DNA from: Opitutales bacterium
GTDB taxonomy: Bacteria > Verrucomicrobiota > Verrucomicrobiia > Opitutales > UBA2987
DNA length: 64,000 nucleotides
Reading direction: 5' to 3'
Assembly (NCBI GenBank): GCA_965226885.1
Contig: CBDDEL010000017.1
Span: 608,001-672,000, forward strand
Shown here: positions 54,298 through 64,000 of the stretch, one piece after another
Position numbering within the stretch: position 1 is the stretch's first letter
Layout: the number at the start of each line of letters is the position of its first letter
Made by a program: the position numbers and the translations under genes
The notes under the pieces: model-generated
Database searches by the model: none
The model's input: the letters and a program-made list of their open reading frames with translations, nothing else
Told to the model about the DNA's origin: nothing

Positions 54298-55671
54298 TTA
54301 ATCGAAAGACCAGTAGGCTTCCTGGGTATATTCAGAGCCGGTAGAATTTAGGGTAGTGTATAAAAAAAGAATGTTATTTTGTATTTTTAGCTGTACAAAT
54401 AGCGTTAGGCAGTTTATTCTTAGTGCATGGTTACTAAAATTATTAATTGTCGGCACTGTGGAGGTGAAAATATCATTAAATTTGGCAAGACGCCCAACCA
54501 TAAACAGCGCTACCGCTGCCATGATTGTGGTAAACAAAGCCGCGAAAACCCCACAGTGAAATACACCGAAGAGCAAAAAGAAATGATCCTTCGAGTCTAT
54601 CAGGAACGCAGCAGTCTACGCGGTTTACAGCGCGCCTTCGGGGTGAGTCCCAACACCGTTTTGAGTTGGTTAAAAAAAACGACAATCGCTGCGACCGCTC
54701 AAAAGCACGATTCTTGCGGCCCGCCGCCATGATGTCATTGAACTGGACGAACTGTGGTCTTTTGTGGGGCGCAAGAGCGATGCCCAATGGGTTTGGATCG
54801 CTCTTTGCCGACGCACCCGTCAAATCCTCTCCTATGCCATTGGGCCTCGGGATTTGTATCGTTGCCGGGAACTTTACGAGCGTCTGCCACGGGCCTACAG
54901 AAGATGTGCCACCTACAGCGACTTTTGGAGCACTTATGATGAAGTCTTTCCTTATAACCGATCCGTGGGAAAAGAAACCGGTGAAACGGCCCATGTGGAA
55001 CGATGGAACAATACCCTGCGCCAACGACTGGGTCGTTTCACACGCAAAACCCTCTCCTTTTCCAAGCTTAAGAGTATGCATGAAACCTGTCTGAGACTTT
55101 TCATTCATCAATATAATCAAGAATTAGCCACCATTCCTACTTAATACACTATCGAATTTAGTTTGCTGGAATACAGGTTGATTCCCGTTACTTTGAAAGG
55201 GGCCGTTCCAAAATCCCGATGGTTCTTCACAAATTGATGGACCGCTCCCGAGGCCGCCTCCTTGCAGCGGGCCAGCGTGATATGGGGATGGAAGGCGCGT
55301 TTTTCCGGTTCCAATCCTATTTGAAACAAGGTGTCATCGAGTTTTTTCTTTAACTGAAACAACCTTGGATGGCCGCTGCCCAATCCTGCCCACAGAATAG
55401 CCGGGCAACCGCGATTGGGGAAGCAGCCCAAACCATTCACAGCGAGAAAAAAAGGTTCCACTTGAACACCTTCCAGTGCCTGCACAATCGCATTTTCTAC
55501 CTCCCGGTCCGCATCACCTATAAATTTGAGGGTGAGGTGCATTTGACTCCAGTCATTCCACCGAAAACCTGGAAAGGTTTTATGCAGGTTTAATAAGGAA
55601 GAGCGAATGTGATCCGGCATGGCGATTCCCACGAAAAGCCGTTTGAGCCGATATTCGGAATCCCTTTCCAT
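54298..55671 (-). pseudogene. thpR: RNA 2',3'-cyclic phosphodiesterase (2H), IS1 inserted near the C-terminus
   Basis: RLFVGI, HLTLKFIG, PHITLAR; ..SSKLNS|TGSEYTQEAYWSFD rejoins across IS1. Confidence 0.85.
54352..55153 (+). mobile_element. IS1 copy 5 (InsA/InsB 54427-55144)
   Basis: 8-bp TSD GAATTTAG; right IR ends ACTATC instead of ACTACC. Confidence 0.95.
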
Positions 55672-55712
55672 GCCATCTCGATGGTTTGTGGATTTGCCGG
55701 AGGGTGAATTAA

Positions 55713-56942
55713 TTATCCCTCGTAACTGGTTAAAAGCTTAACCGCGGTTATCATGGCCGCATCTTTCTTGAGGCGTTCTTTGGGGTTGAGTTTGAGAAGC
55801 GCTTTGAGAAATTCCGGCGATTGTTCGATGAGGAAATCCGGTTTTAAGCCCTTGCTTTGCCAGGCGAGGCCTTTTGGGGTGTACATGGCCCCCGTGATAA
55901 ACTTTGCACGGAAATCGTTCTTCAAGGTATAGGTTTTTTCAAATACGCCTTTGCCAAAAGTTTTCACTCCTATTATGAGGGCAATGGCATGATCCCTGAG
56001 GGCGCTGGAGAGGATTTCCGCCGCCGAGGCGGTCGCCTCATTGACTAAGACGGCAATTTTATAATCAAAAGGTTCCTTATTGGAAGATATGTAATTTTGC
56101 AGTTTTTTATCCCGCGTATAGGTGCGCAGCAAAATGCTTTTTTCGGGCAAAAAATGCTCGGCTGTGCGAACGGATTCGAGGAAAACTCCTCCCGAATTGT
56201 TTCTCAGGTCCAATATGATTTCCGTGTAACCTTGCTCGGATAATTCTTTTAATCGTTCCTTCAACCGGTTGGAAATATCGGTTGAAAAAGTTTTCATTTC
56301 GATCAGGACAAGGTTATCGGTTAGCGGGGTAATGATTAAGTTTTTATTGGCAAATTTTTTTCTCACCAGGCTGATCTCGAATACTTTAATATCGCGATTG
56401 ACGGTTAAGAGGACCGGATCGCCTTCTTCGCCGTTCATGAGATCATTTATTTCGCCAATCGATCGGCCTTTAAGGGATTCTTCGTCGATTCGCAAAATCC
56501 TGTCATAGGGCATGAGGATTCCTTCGGCTGGGGAGCCGGGGAGAATTTCCGTAACGGTGAGGCTTCCCTCGCCCGCATTAAAATTACTTTTCACACCCAG
56601 AGACACCTGCACTCCGCTGAGGGAGTTGAATATTTTTTCATAATCTTCAGCCGTCCAGATGGCGGCCAGTTCGGGATTGTCCGGCGGAGAAATATGGCGC
56701 AACATTCCTTTGATAGCTGCCCAGTATAGCGCTTCTTCGGAAATTTCAGAGGAGTAGTAGTTTTCCAGGATAAGCGTTTTAATCTCCTCGAATGTTTCCG
56801 CCGCCTGCGGAAATTCATGCCCCAGACCGACATCAAATAGCGGATTAACCTCTCCCTCCTGGGCGAAGGAAAAAGAAGGAGGTATCGACAGGCAAATTCC
56901 GGCGGCAATTATATAAAAAATCATGCTGCGATAATGATACAT
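55713..56942 (-). CDS. S41 family (CtpA-like) protease with PDZ domain
   Basis: Signal peptide, LPGSPAE, LDLRNNSGG, TASAAEI, TFGKG. Confidence 0.9.
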   Translation of the reverse strand: MYHYRSMIFYIIAAGICLSIPPSFSFAQEGEVNPLFDVGLGHEFPQAAETFEEIKTLILENYYSSEISEEALYWAAIKGMLRHISPPDNPELAAIWTAEDYEKIFNSLSGVQVSLGVKSNFNAGEGSLTVTEILPGSPAEGILMPYDRILRIDEESLKGRSIGEINDLMNGEEGDPVLLTVNRDIKVFEISLVRKKFANKNLIITPLTDNLVLIEMKTFSTDISNRLKERLKELSEQGYTEIILDLRNNSGGVFLESVRTAEHFLPEKSILLRTYTRDKKLQNYISSNKEPFDYKIAVLVNEATASAAEILSSALRDHAIALIIGVKTFGKGVFEKTYTLKNDFRAKFITGAMYTPKGLAWQSKGLKPDFLIEQSPEFLKALLKLNPKERLKKDAAMITAVKLLTSYEG

Positions 56943-57035
56943 TGAAGGGAAATCGAAAGCAAATAATCGGTTGCTTTTGAATTAGATCGCCAATAAGGTG
57001 GCAATTCTTATTCTGGATTAAGAAACGTTGTAGTC

Positions 57036-58421
57036 ATGGCAAAACGCATCCTAACTGATAAACAACGGGTATGGCTGGAGGGGGAATTGAATGCCTGGTG
57101 CGATCAAGACATCATTTCCCAGGAGCAGGCTTCTGGCATTCTCGGTCAGTACGAAACGAGTATTGAAATATCTCAGCGCAAGCAGAATAGAATCGTTTTA
57201 ACGCTTATGAGCTTGGCGGCGTTTCTGATCGGTTTGGCGGCTCTTTTGTTGATCGGCTACAACTGGCAGGAAATATCCCGCAATCTCAAGTTACTCATTA
57301 TCTTTGGAGTCTTATTGGCTGTCTATGCCGGCGGTTTTTATCTTCGTTTTAATAGAAAACAACGACAACTATCCGAAGTGGCGTTTTTCCTCGGTAGTTT
57401 ATTTTACGGAGCCGGCATTTTCCTGATTGCGCAAATATTTCACCTTAACGCTCATTACCCGGACGTTTTTTGGTGGTGGGCGCTGGGAGTTTTACCGTTT
57501 GCCCTTTGCCTCGATACGCTTTTGCTCCATGCCCTATTAGTTACCGTGCTGGCCATTTGGTGCGGGACGGAAGTCCTTCAATTCCAAAATAGCGGCGTAT
57601 GGTTTTTTGGACAGGGGGCATTTATTCCCAACGGAGCATACTCCTTGCCGCTATTGGCCCTGCCGGGCATTTTATGGTCTTATCATAAAGAATCGGTTCG
57701 GACATTGGGGCTTTATGTTATGCTGATCGCCTGGTGGGTGATTCTGCAGTCATTTGCCTGGGACTTCGGTGAGAGCGCGGTATTTTTCATCGGCGCCGTG
57801 GGCGGTCTGATGCTGATAATCGCGCAGAGTCATGGCCCAGGAAGCCGATACGCTGAACCCTATCGTATTAACGGAGTTCTCCTATCGGCAGGTGTCCTAT
57901 TGTTCCTGAGTTTCTACGATTTCAATGAAGAGATTCTTGGGAACTGGTCGGATTCCGCTGGTTCCGCGCAATTGCTTTTCATCTTAATATTCTCTGGGGC
58001 GATTATTTTAATTTGCGCGCTGTTCAAACATGCTGGATCGAGCGATTCAAAGCTTCTTGTTATAAATGTGAGGGATGTTGTTCAACGGCAGTGGCTGCCC
58101 GTTGGTTTGGTCTTTCTGATGGTTTTCACATTGCTTTGGAATCAAAGCATGGAAGAACCATTGCTTCCAACTATTTTAGCCAATTTCGGTATGATTTTTC
58201 TTGCCATCTGGTTAATGCGGACAGGCCTGTTGGCAGACAATGGTCGAACTTTTGCGGCCGGTGTCCTCTATTTTTTGCTATGGTCCGTGGTGCGTTATGT
58301 CGATCTGTTCGGCGACTTTGGAGGAATGCTTGGTGGGGCGCTTATCTTTTTCTACTGCGGCGCCCTATTATTTGGGTTGGCCTATTTTTGGCGCCATCGA
58401 AAGGTGAAATCTCATGACTGA
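57036..58421 (+). CDS. DUF2157-domain membrane protein
   Basis: IGYNWQEI, GAGIFLIAQIFH; multiple TM helices; paired with a GDYXXLXY gene. Confidence 0.85.
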   Translation: MAKRILTDKQRVWLEGELNAWCDQDIISQEQASGILGQYETSIEISQRKQNRIVLTLMSLAAFLIGLAALLLIGYNWQEISRNLKLLIIFGVLLAVYAGGFYLRFNRKQRQLSEVAFFLGSLFYGAGIFLIAQIFHLNAHYPDVFWWWALGVLPFALCLDTLLLHALLVTVLAIWCGTEVLQFQNSGVWFFGQGAFIPNGAYSLPLLALPGILWSYHKESVRTLGLYVMLIAWWVILQSFAWDFGESAVFFIGAVGGLMLIIAQSHGPGSRYAEPYRINGVLLSAGVLLFLSFYDFNEEILGNWSDSAGSAQLLFILIFSGAIILICALFKHAGSSDSKLLVINVRDVVQRQWLPVGLVFLMVFTLLWNQSMEEPLLPTILANFGMIFLAIWLMRTGLLADNGRTFAAGVLYFLLWSVVRYVDLFGDFGGMLGGALIFFYCGALLFGLAYFWRHRKVKSHD

Positions 58422-59004
58422 TCCAACCGTAGGCCAAAACCAGCCTCTAATCGCTGGAAATACCCGCATCATGAAGTGCATCAAATGGTTGAAAGAGCGG
58501 GATCGAACCTTCCTGGTGGTCTTTGCCGGATTCCAGTTTGTAGTGCTGCTGGCCATGATTTTCCTACGCCTCCTGCCATTGCTGACCGGTGAAACGATTT
58601 TACTGCGTGTAGCGCCTGTCGATCCGCGCGATTTTTTCCGGGGCGACTACGTGATACTCAGCTACGATTTCAGCCGGACGCCCAGAGAAGAAATCGAGGG
58701 GACTCCGCAACCGGGGTTCGGGGGAAAGAGGCAAGGCCAACCGGTTTATGTTTCACTAATTCTGGATGACGACGGCGAGCATTGGAAACAGGAAAAGGTG
58801 AGTTTTAACCTTCCCGACAGTGGTAAATATATCCGCGGAAAGTTTTCTGGAAGGAACCAAATAGATTTTGGCATAGAATCCTTTTATGTGCAGGAGGGAG
58901 AGGGGCGAAAATATGAAGAGGCCATTATCAACAGAAGCCTGTCGGCCAAGGTCTCTCTAACCAAGAGCGGAAAGGCTGTGCTGCAAGACCTCGTCATTGA
59001 ATAA
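58414..59004 (+). CDS. GDYXXLXY-domain membrane-anchored protein
   Basis: PVDPRDFFRGDYVILSY, FGIESFYVQEGEG. Confidence 0.88.
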   Translation: MTDPTVGQNQPLIAGNTRIMKCIKWLKERDRTFLVVFAGFQFVVLLAMIFLRLLPLLTGETILLRVAPVDPRDFFRGDYVILSYDFSRTPREEIEGTPQPGFGGKRQGQPVYVSLILDDDGEHWKQEKVSFNLPDSGKYIRGKFSGRNQIDFGIESFYVQEGEGRKYEEAIINRSLSAKVSLTKSGKAVLQDLVIE

Positions 59005-59075
59005 TTTCCATCAAGGTATCCTCGTCAGGTATCAAATTAAATTATTAACACCGCCCGATTTTGGGATTTTAGCTG

Positions 59076-59104
59076 TCCCGAAAATGGGACGTTTATTTTC
59101 GGGA
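59076..59104. other. 10-bp inverted repeat (possible terminator or operator)
   Basis: TCCCGAAAAT-N9-ATTTTCGGGA in the intergenic region. Confidence 0.3.
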
Positions 59105-59978
59105 AGTTATTTGAGGAATTTAATGAAATTTGTAATATTTTGATATGCAAAGACTTGTATTACTCGTTACCTATATTGGCATTGGCACGGAAATTGTTTG
59201 AGCAAATGATTAGATTCCTTGCGTCAGCAGTCCATAGATCCCCATTAGCCCCATTCCGATTCACATATCCGCAGAAATTCATTCGCGGAGGGGATCGTTA
59301 TTTGCCGAGTCTGTGGCAAAATCGAATAGAAAACCTCAAATAAATAAAACCCTTACCCTTAACAAATAATAACAATATGAATAAACTGATTAAAACCACT
59401 GTTTTCGGAACCAGCCTGTGCCTGCTATTGGCCGGGACCGGTTTGAACCAAGCTTACGGGCAAGCCCTGGAGGCGCCGCGCGTGAGCCAAAAAGGCAAGG
59501 TAAGCCAGCGTGTCGGCATAACCGACATCACTATAAAATACCACCGCCCCTCGGTTAATGACCGTGAGATTTGGGGAAACCTGGTTCCTTATAACGAAGG
59601 GAAACCTTTCCCATGGCGGGTCGGCGCCAATGAAAATACGGTCATTCACATTACCCACGGTGTGAAAATTGAAGGGCATGACCTGGAGGCGGGAGCTTAC
59701 GGTTTACATATGATCCCGGCGGAGGACGAATGGACCATCATTTTATCCAAAAATTCCACTTCATGGGGAAGTTTTTCCTATAAACAGTATGAAGACGCCT
59801 TGCGGGTAAAAGTAAAACCGGAGGAAACGCACATGACGGAACTCCTGACTTTCTCGTTCGATGAAGTTAAAACCGCATCGACGGTCGCTTCCATAAGTTG
59901 GGAAAAGTTGAAGATTTCGTTCAATATCGAGGTCGATGTCCACCCTATCTTGGCTGAAAGTTTCAGTAACGAACTTAG

Positions 59979-61545
59979 CCCGGATATTTCATGAAGGGTA
60001 AAGTTTGGCTCGTTATTGCTATTGGAGATGGATTTCTTTGTATTTTGAGCAGATCGTCTTGATTTTTAGGTGTTTTTCAGGGTGTAGAGACACTGCCCCC
60101 TTTCCCCCATTGGTTCGGTAGTGCCGGGGGCAGCACCAATGCACCCTTTAGGTTGGCACCAATCGGCGGGCCGCATGGTTGAAAAGACTGGCCCAAGGAT
60201 AACTCTCACTTAGGTGAAAGTGAATCGTTCGGGTGTTGCGCACGATGACCGCTCCGATCTTGATTAATTTGAGCCGCAGGGTGTGGCATTGGGCCCGCGC
60301 CCACTTCGTCCCTTTTAAGGCTAACCGGCGCATGGCTTCCATCAAGGTGTAGGCCAGCGCCGACAAGAGCAATCGCCACTGATTGGCCCACCATTGATGG
60401 GCGCTGGTGCGCTCGCTGAACAATTGCATCTGTTCCTTGATTCGGTTCTCCATTTCACCGCGGCCACAGTATACCTTGTCGTAAAGCTCCTGGGGATCGC
60501 CCGGCAGGTTCGTCACCACGAAGCGCGGGTTGGACCCCTGTGCGGTGTGTTCGGCTTTATGGATGACCAACCGCAGCCATCGCCACGAATCGGCAGCATA
60601 GACGAAGTCCTGGAATAACCGTTGTTTTTTACCCCTTAGTTCGAACCATTCTTTGGCCTGCTTTTGCAACTGCTGGGCGTCTTGCTGCAAGCGTGCATTG
60701 CGAGCCATCCCCACGATGTAACTAACTTCGTTGCGGTCGCACCAAGAGAGTATCCGGTCTCGACAAAATCCACTGTCGGCGCGCCAAATAATCCGCGTAC
60801 GGGGCCAGCTTTGGCGAATCCGTTTAACCAGCAATTTGAGGATGGCCCCGGCATGCTTGCTGGCATCGATCTTGCTCGGCCGCAGGTAGGCCACCAGCAG
60901 CTGATCACCGCAAAAAACATATAGCGGCAGAAAACAGTAATGATCATAATAACCGTGGAAAAAACGTCCCTCCTGGAGCCCGTGCACCGGATTGTCGGTG
61001 GCGTCAAAGTCCAGGATGATCTCTTCGGGTTCCTCGGCAAAGGAGCCCATGAACTGTTCGACCAACAGCTCGTTTACCGCAAAGGCCGCCCGCCGATCCT
61101 GCCCGTTTTCAAAACGACACAAAGTCGGCGCGCTGGCCAACGTTTCAATGCGCCCCGTTACCGTTTGCAACAATGGATCGTGGCGCAGGGTATCAAAGTC
61201 GTTCAAATCCTCATAGCCCGCCACCAGCCCGTAAACGCGCTGCCGCAGCATCCCCAATACCTCATGGCGTACTTTGCCCTTCTGCCGTTTGTCCACTAAC
61301 TGTCGGGCCGCTCGTTCGGTCAAGCCCAACTGCCGATCCACTTCCCGGATCAAAAGCAGTCCGGCATCCGAAGTAACCTCTCCGCCCTTGAAATCAACCC
61401 GCACACGGCGGCCTTTTACCCTTGTCAACTGTAGCTTTAATTGTTTACCTTTTGTCATCGCTGATATTGCTTTAATTATTGATCTATCCTGCTGTATATC
61501 AGCAGTTAAGCATATCAACGATACTTTTTTTACGAAATATCCGGG
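59979..61545 (-). mobile_element. IS1380 copy 6 (1567 bp)
   Basis: IRs intact; TTAG TSD. Confidence 0.95.
60148..61458 (-). CDS. IS1380-family transposase
   Basis: Near-identical to copy 1. Confidence 0.93.
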   Translation of the reverse strand: MTKGKQLKLQLTRVKGRRVRVDFKGGEVTSDAGLLLIREVDRQLGLTERAARQLVDKRQKGKVRHEVLGMLRQRVYGLVAGYEDLNDFDTLRHDPLLQTVTGRIETLASAPTLCRFENGQDRRAAFAVNELLVEQFMGSFAEEPEEIILDFDATDNPVHGLQEGRFFHGYYDHYCFLPLYVFCGDQLLVAYLRPSKIDASKHAGAILKLLVKRIRQSWPRTRIIWRADSGFCRDRILSWCDRNEVSYIVGMARNARLQQDAQQLQKQAKEWFELRGKKQRLFQDFVYAADSWRWLRLVIHKAEHTAQGSNPRFVVTNLPGDPQELYDKVYCGRGEMENRIKEQMQLFSERTSAHQWWANQWRLLLSALAYTLMEAMRRLALKGTKWARAQCHTLRLKLIKIGAVIVRNTRTIHFHLSESYPWASLFNHAARRLVPT

Positions 61546-62128
61546 TTAGGTCCGTCCCCGGATTCAGTTGGCAGGGATGGAACCAGGCCGCTCAATATTC
61601 CCTGACCAACGATTACGATCTGGAACAGGGCTTGAAATGGGCGGAACAGGCCTTGACCAATCAATTCGCTGGCGACAGGAATTTCACCACTTTAAGAACC
61701 AAAGCCGACCTACTGGCCAAGATGGGGAAAATGGAAGAGTCAACGGCGCTGATGGAAGAGGCCCTGCCCCTAGGGAAAGTTGGAGAAGTTCATTTTTATG
61801 GACGTTCCCTCATCACCGCGGAAAAATTCGACGAGGCGCTTGAAGTGTTCAAATACAACAAAGACAAACATCCTGACGACACATTTACCGTTTGGGTGGG
61901 ATTGGCCCGCAGCTACCAGGCCCTGGGAGAAAAAGAGAAAGCCATTGAGCACTGGAAGGTGGCCATCGAGGGCGCCACCGAACAGCAAAAATCCTTTTAC
62001 AAAAACATCCTCGCAAAACTGGAAGAGGAAGAATAATCTGATACTTGCCAATGTGAAAATTTAAGCTGCAACGGCGCGATTAATTGACAGCGAATATAAA
62101 TATTAAAGCAAGTTGGAGGATTGATTCG

Positions 62129-62992
62129 ATGAAGAAAGCCATTATTCTAAAACTTATCCTGTTGTGGACCCTCTCCATTTCAGGATTTCAATCGGCGGCA
62201 GGACAGGTGGAAACGCCTCGGCCCAGCCTTACGGCATCCCTTACTCAGGAAGTGGGTTTTGGAACGGTCAAAATCGAATATTCCCGCCCGCACATCAGGG
62301 GCCGCACGATTTATGGCCAACTGGTGCCGTTTGGCGAACTCTGGAGAACCGGCGCTAATTCCTCGACCAAAATCTCGTTCAGCCAGGACGTAACCTTGGA
62401 TGGCCATGCGGTTCCGGCCGGGGATTACGCCTTGTTTACCATACCGGGAAAGGAAGAATGGACGATCATCATCCACAAGGACACCTCATTCGGCGGCACC
62501 GGCGGTTACGATGAAGCGAATGACCTGGTTCGTTTTACGGCCAAACCGGAAAGAACCTCCGAATTGGTGAAAAGTTTCACCATTGAGCTTGCCGATGTGA
62601 CCTCCAAATCAGCCGTCATCCATCTTGCCTGGGAGAGAACCCTGGTTCCCATCCATCTGGAGACGGATACCGATGCGCAGATTATTGCCCAGATCGAAAA
62701 ATTCGCGAAAAACCCACAAGCTTCGCTCTTTGGCAGTTATGCCAGGGCGGCCGGTTACTATCTGGAAAACGGCAAAAATCTCGACCAGGCATTGGGGTGG
62801 GCTGACAAAGCTCTCGAAATAAACCCCGAATCCCTTGTCGTCCTCCACTACAAAGCCGGTATTTTGGCGGCCATGGGAGACTCCGAAGAAGCCGCCGAGT
62901 TTGCCCGGAAGTCCCTCGCCAAATCGCGGAAATTCAACGCCACTGGCTGGGTTATGAAAAACGAGGAGCTATTAGCCAGGATACAGAGGTAG
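62129..62992 (+). CDS. DUF2911-domain exported protein
   Basis: GGAGG RBS + ATG 62129; YSRP, LVPFGELWRTGAN, YALFTIPG; TPR-like tail. Confidence 0.88.
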   Translation: MKKAIILKLILLWTLSISGFQSAAGQVETPRPSLTASLTQEVGFGTVKIEYSRPHIRGRTIYGQLVPFGELWRTGANSSTKISFSQDVTLDGHAVPAGDYALFTIPGKEEWTIIIHKDTSFGGTGGYDEANDLVRFTAKPERTSELVKSFTIELADVTSKSAVIHLAWERTLVPIHLETDTDAQIIAQIEKFAKNPQASLFGSYARAAGYYLENGKNLDQALGWADKALEINPESLVVLHYKAGILAAMGDSEEAAEFARKSLAKSRKFNATGWVMKNEELLARIQR

Positions 62993-63070
62993 CCTCATCC
63001 AATTAGTGCGCTACATTTCAGGCGTTGCTGCAAACGCCTTGCGCAGCTTATGTCACCATTCATCGGAAAT

Positions 63071-63098
63071 ACCTTTCCGGTAGGACCTTTCCGGTAGG
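63071..63098. repeat. 14-bp perfect tandem duplication
   Basis: ACCTTTCCGGTAGG x2. Confidence 0.9.
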
Positions 63099-63142
63099 CT
63101 CAATTTTTGCTGTTGCTGGCTCTTGGCAATCCAGAGAAACTC

Positions 63143-64000
63143 ATGAATACTTTAAACCAAAAACCAAAAATGCCCCGTTACTTTATATTTTTCCGATTCT
63201 TTTTCCAAATTTTCATTCTTTGCGCGATGCTGCTGACCGTTACCAGGACTGAGGCGCAAGTCCCGCACAAACCCAACGCAGCGGAAATTCAGCTCGCTCT
63301 CAAGAAGTTGAATGTGCTCTCCGGGGCTCTCTATATCGGAGCCCATCCAGATGATGAAAATACCGGATTGATAGCTTACCTCTCCCATGGGGCTCTCTCC
63401 CATACGGCTTATCTCTCATTGACGAGGGGAGACGGGGGCCAGAACCGGATCGGCCCGGAAATCAGGGAGCTTCTGGGCATCACCCGGACCCAGGAACTAC
63501 TGGCAGCCAGAAGGATTGATGGGGGGCGGCAGTTCTTCAGCCGGGCCAACGATTTCGGTTACTCCAAGCACCCCGATGAGACGTTCAACATCTGGGACAA
63601 AGAAGCCGTCCTGGCCGATGCCGTGTGGGTGATCCGTAAATTTCGGCCCGATATCCTCATCACCCGGTTCCCCGTTTGGCCCGGCAAGACGCATGGGCAG
63701 CACACCGCCTCCAGCATCATTGCGGAGGAGGCTTTTGCGGCGGCAGGCGATGCGGAGCGTTTTCCAGAGCAATTGGAATATGTGCAACCTTGGCAGCCAA
63801 AGCGCTTGCTCTGGAACACATCGCGTTTCTTTTACCGCAACGGCAGTGAATTCGAGGAGGCCGGATTGGTCACGGTGGATATCGGTGCCTACAACTCGCT
63901 TTTGGGCAAATCGTATTCCGAAATTGCCGCGGAAAGCCGCAGCATGCACAAGAGCCAGGGCTTCGGCTCCTCCTCGCGAAGGGGAGAACTGATCTCTTAC
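63143..64000 (+). CDS. PIG-L/LmbE family deacetylase, partial (runs off window end)
   Basis: Manual translation: LYIGAHPDDEN, LTRGDGGQN, RTQELLAARRIDG, DFGYSK, HGQH; open to the window end. Confidence 0.9.
   Translation, partial: MNTLNQKPKMPRYFIFFRFFFQIFILCAMLLTVTRTEAQVPHKPNAAEIQLALKKLNVLSGALYIGAHPDDENTGLIAYLSHGALSHTAYLSLTRGDGGQNRIGPEIRELLGITRTQELLAARRIDGGRQFFSRANDFGYSKHPDETFNIWDKEAVLADAVWVIRKFRPDILITRFPVWPGKTHGQHTASSIIAEEAFAAAGDAERFPEQLEYVQPWQPKRLLWNTSRFFYRNGSEFEEAGLVTVDIGAYNSLLGKSYSEIAAESRSMHKSQGFGSSSRRGELISY

Larger units (their letters stand above)
59377..62036 (+). pseudogene. DUF2911 + TPR exported protein, interrupted by IS1380
   Basis: YHRPSV, IWGNLVPY, WRVGANE; ..SNEL|RSVPGF.. rejoins in frame. 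Confidence 0.9.

Noticed and set aside
61479..62036. 185-aa TPR ORF as an independent gene
   Set aside because: Its N-terminus derives from the IS1380 end; it is the 3' part of the interrupted DUF2911 gene
1..64000. CRISPR array, prophage, retron/RT, or TnpB/IscB/IS110 RNA-guided system
   Set aside because: No repeat-spacer array and no recognisable cas, phage, reverse transcriptase, RuvC or DEDD recombinase ORF; all long repeats are IS copies

Overview
Bacterial chromosomal window in which insertion sequences make up roughly 40% of the bases (my sum of mapped element lengths, about 25 kb). Four elements are present in near-identical, recently amplified copies: IS1380 x6, IS1 x5, IS3 x3 and an IS5/IS1182-like element x3. 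There are also single IS4 and IS630 elements and older IS3, IS630 and IS1380 remnants, often nested. Left of about 39.4 kb lie accessory genes: a sensor kinase cut by four IS families, a Tm-1-like/TIM-barrel/deaminase operon, nagB-nagA-AGE, a uxuA-like/ALDH/M20 cluster, an FGGY kinase with a fucose-isomerase-like gene, an SSS transporter and an IPTL-CTERM protein. This block ends at an orphan 5' half of tRNA-Arg(TCT) that looks like an island junction. To the right are tRNA-Gly(CCC), recR, hemF, an atypical transketolase, ada-alkA, UDG, thpR, an S41 protease, DUF2157/GDYXXLXY, two DUF2911 genes and a PIG-L deacetylase. Several genes are broken by IS insertion or by perfect 7-19 bp tandem duplications, consistent with early genome erosion. 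The best novelty candidates are a pseudoknot-capable element just after the IS1380 stop codon, the +1 frame junction in IS1, the TA-N2/3-TA target of the IS5-like element, the tandem-duplication signature, the split tRNA and the Tm-1-like operon. No CRISPR array, rRNA or prophage was seen. All family calls come from motif recognition, not database searches.
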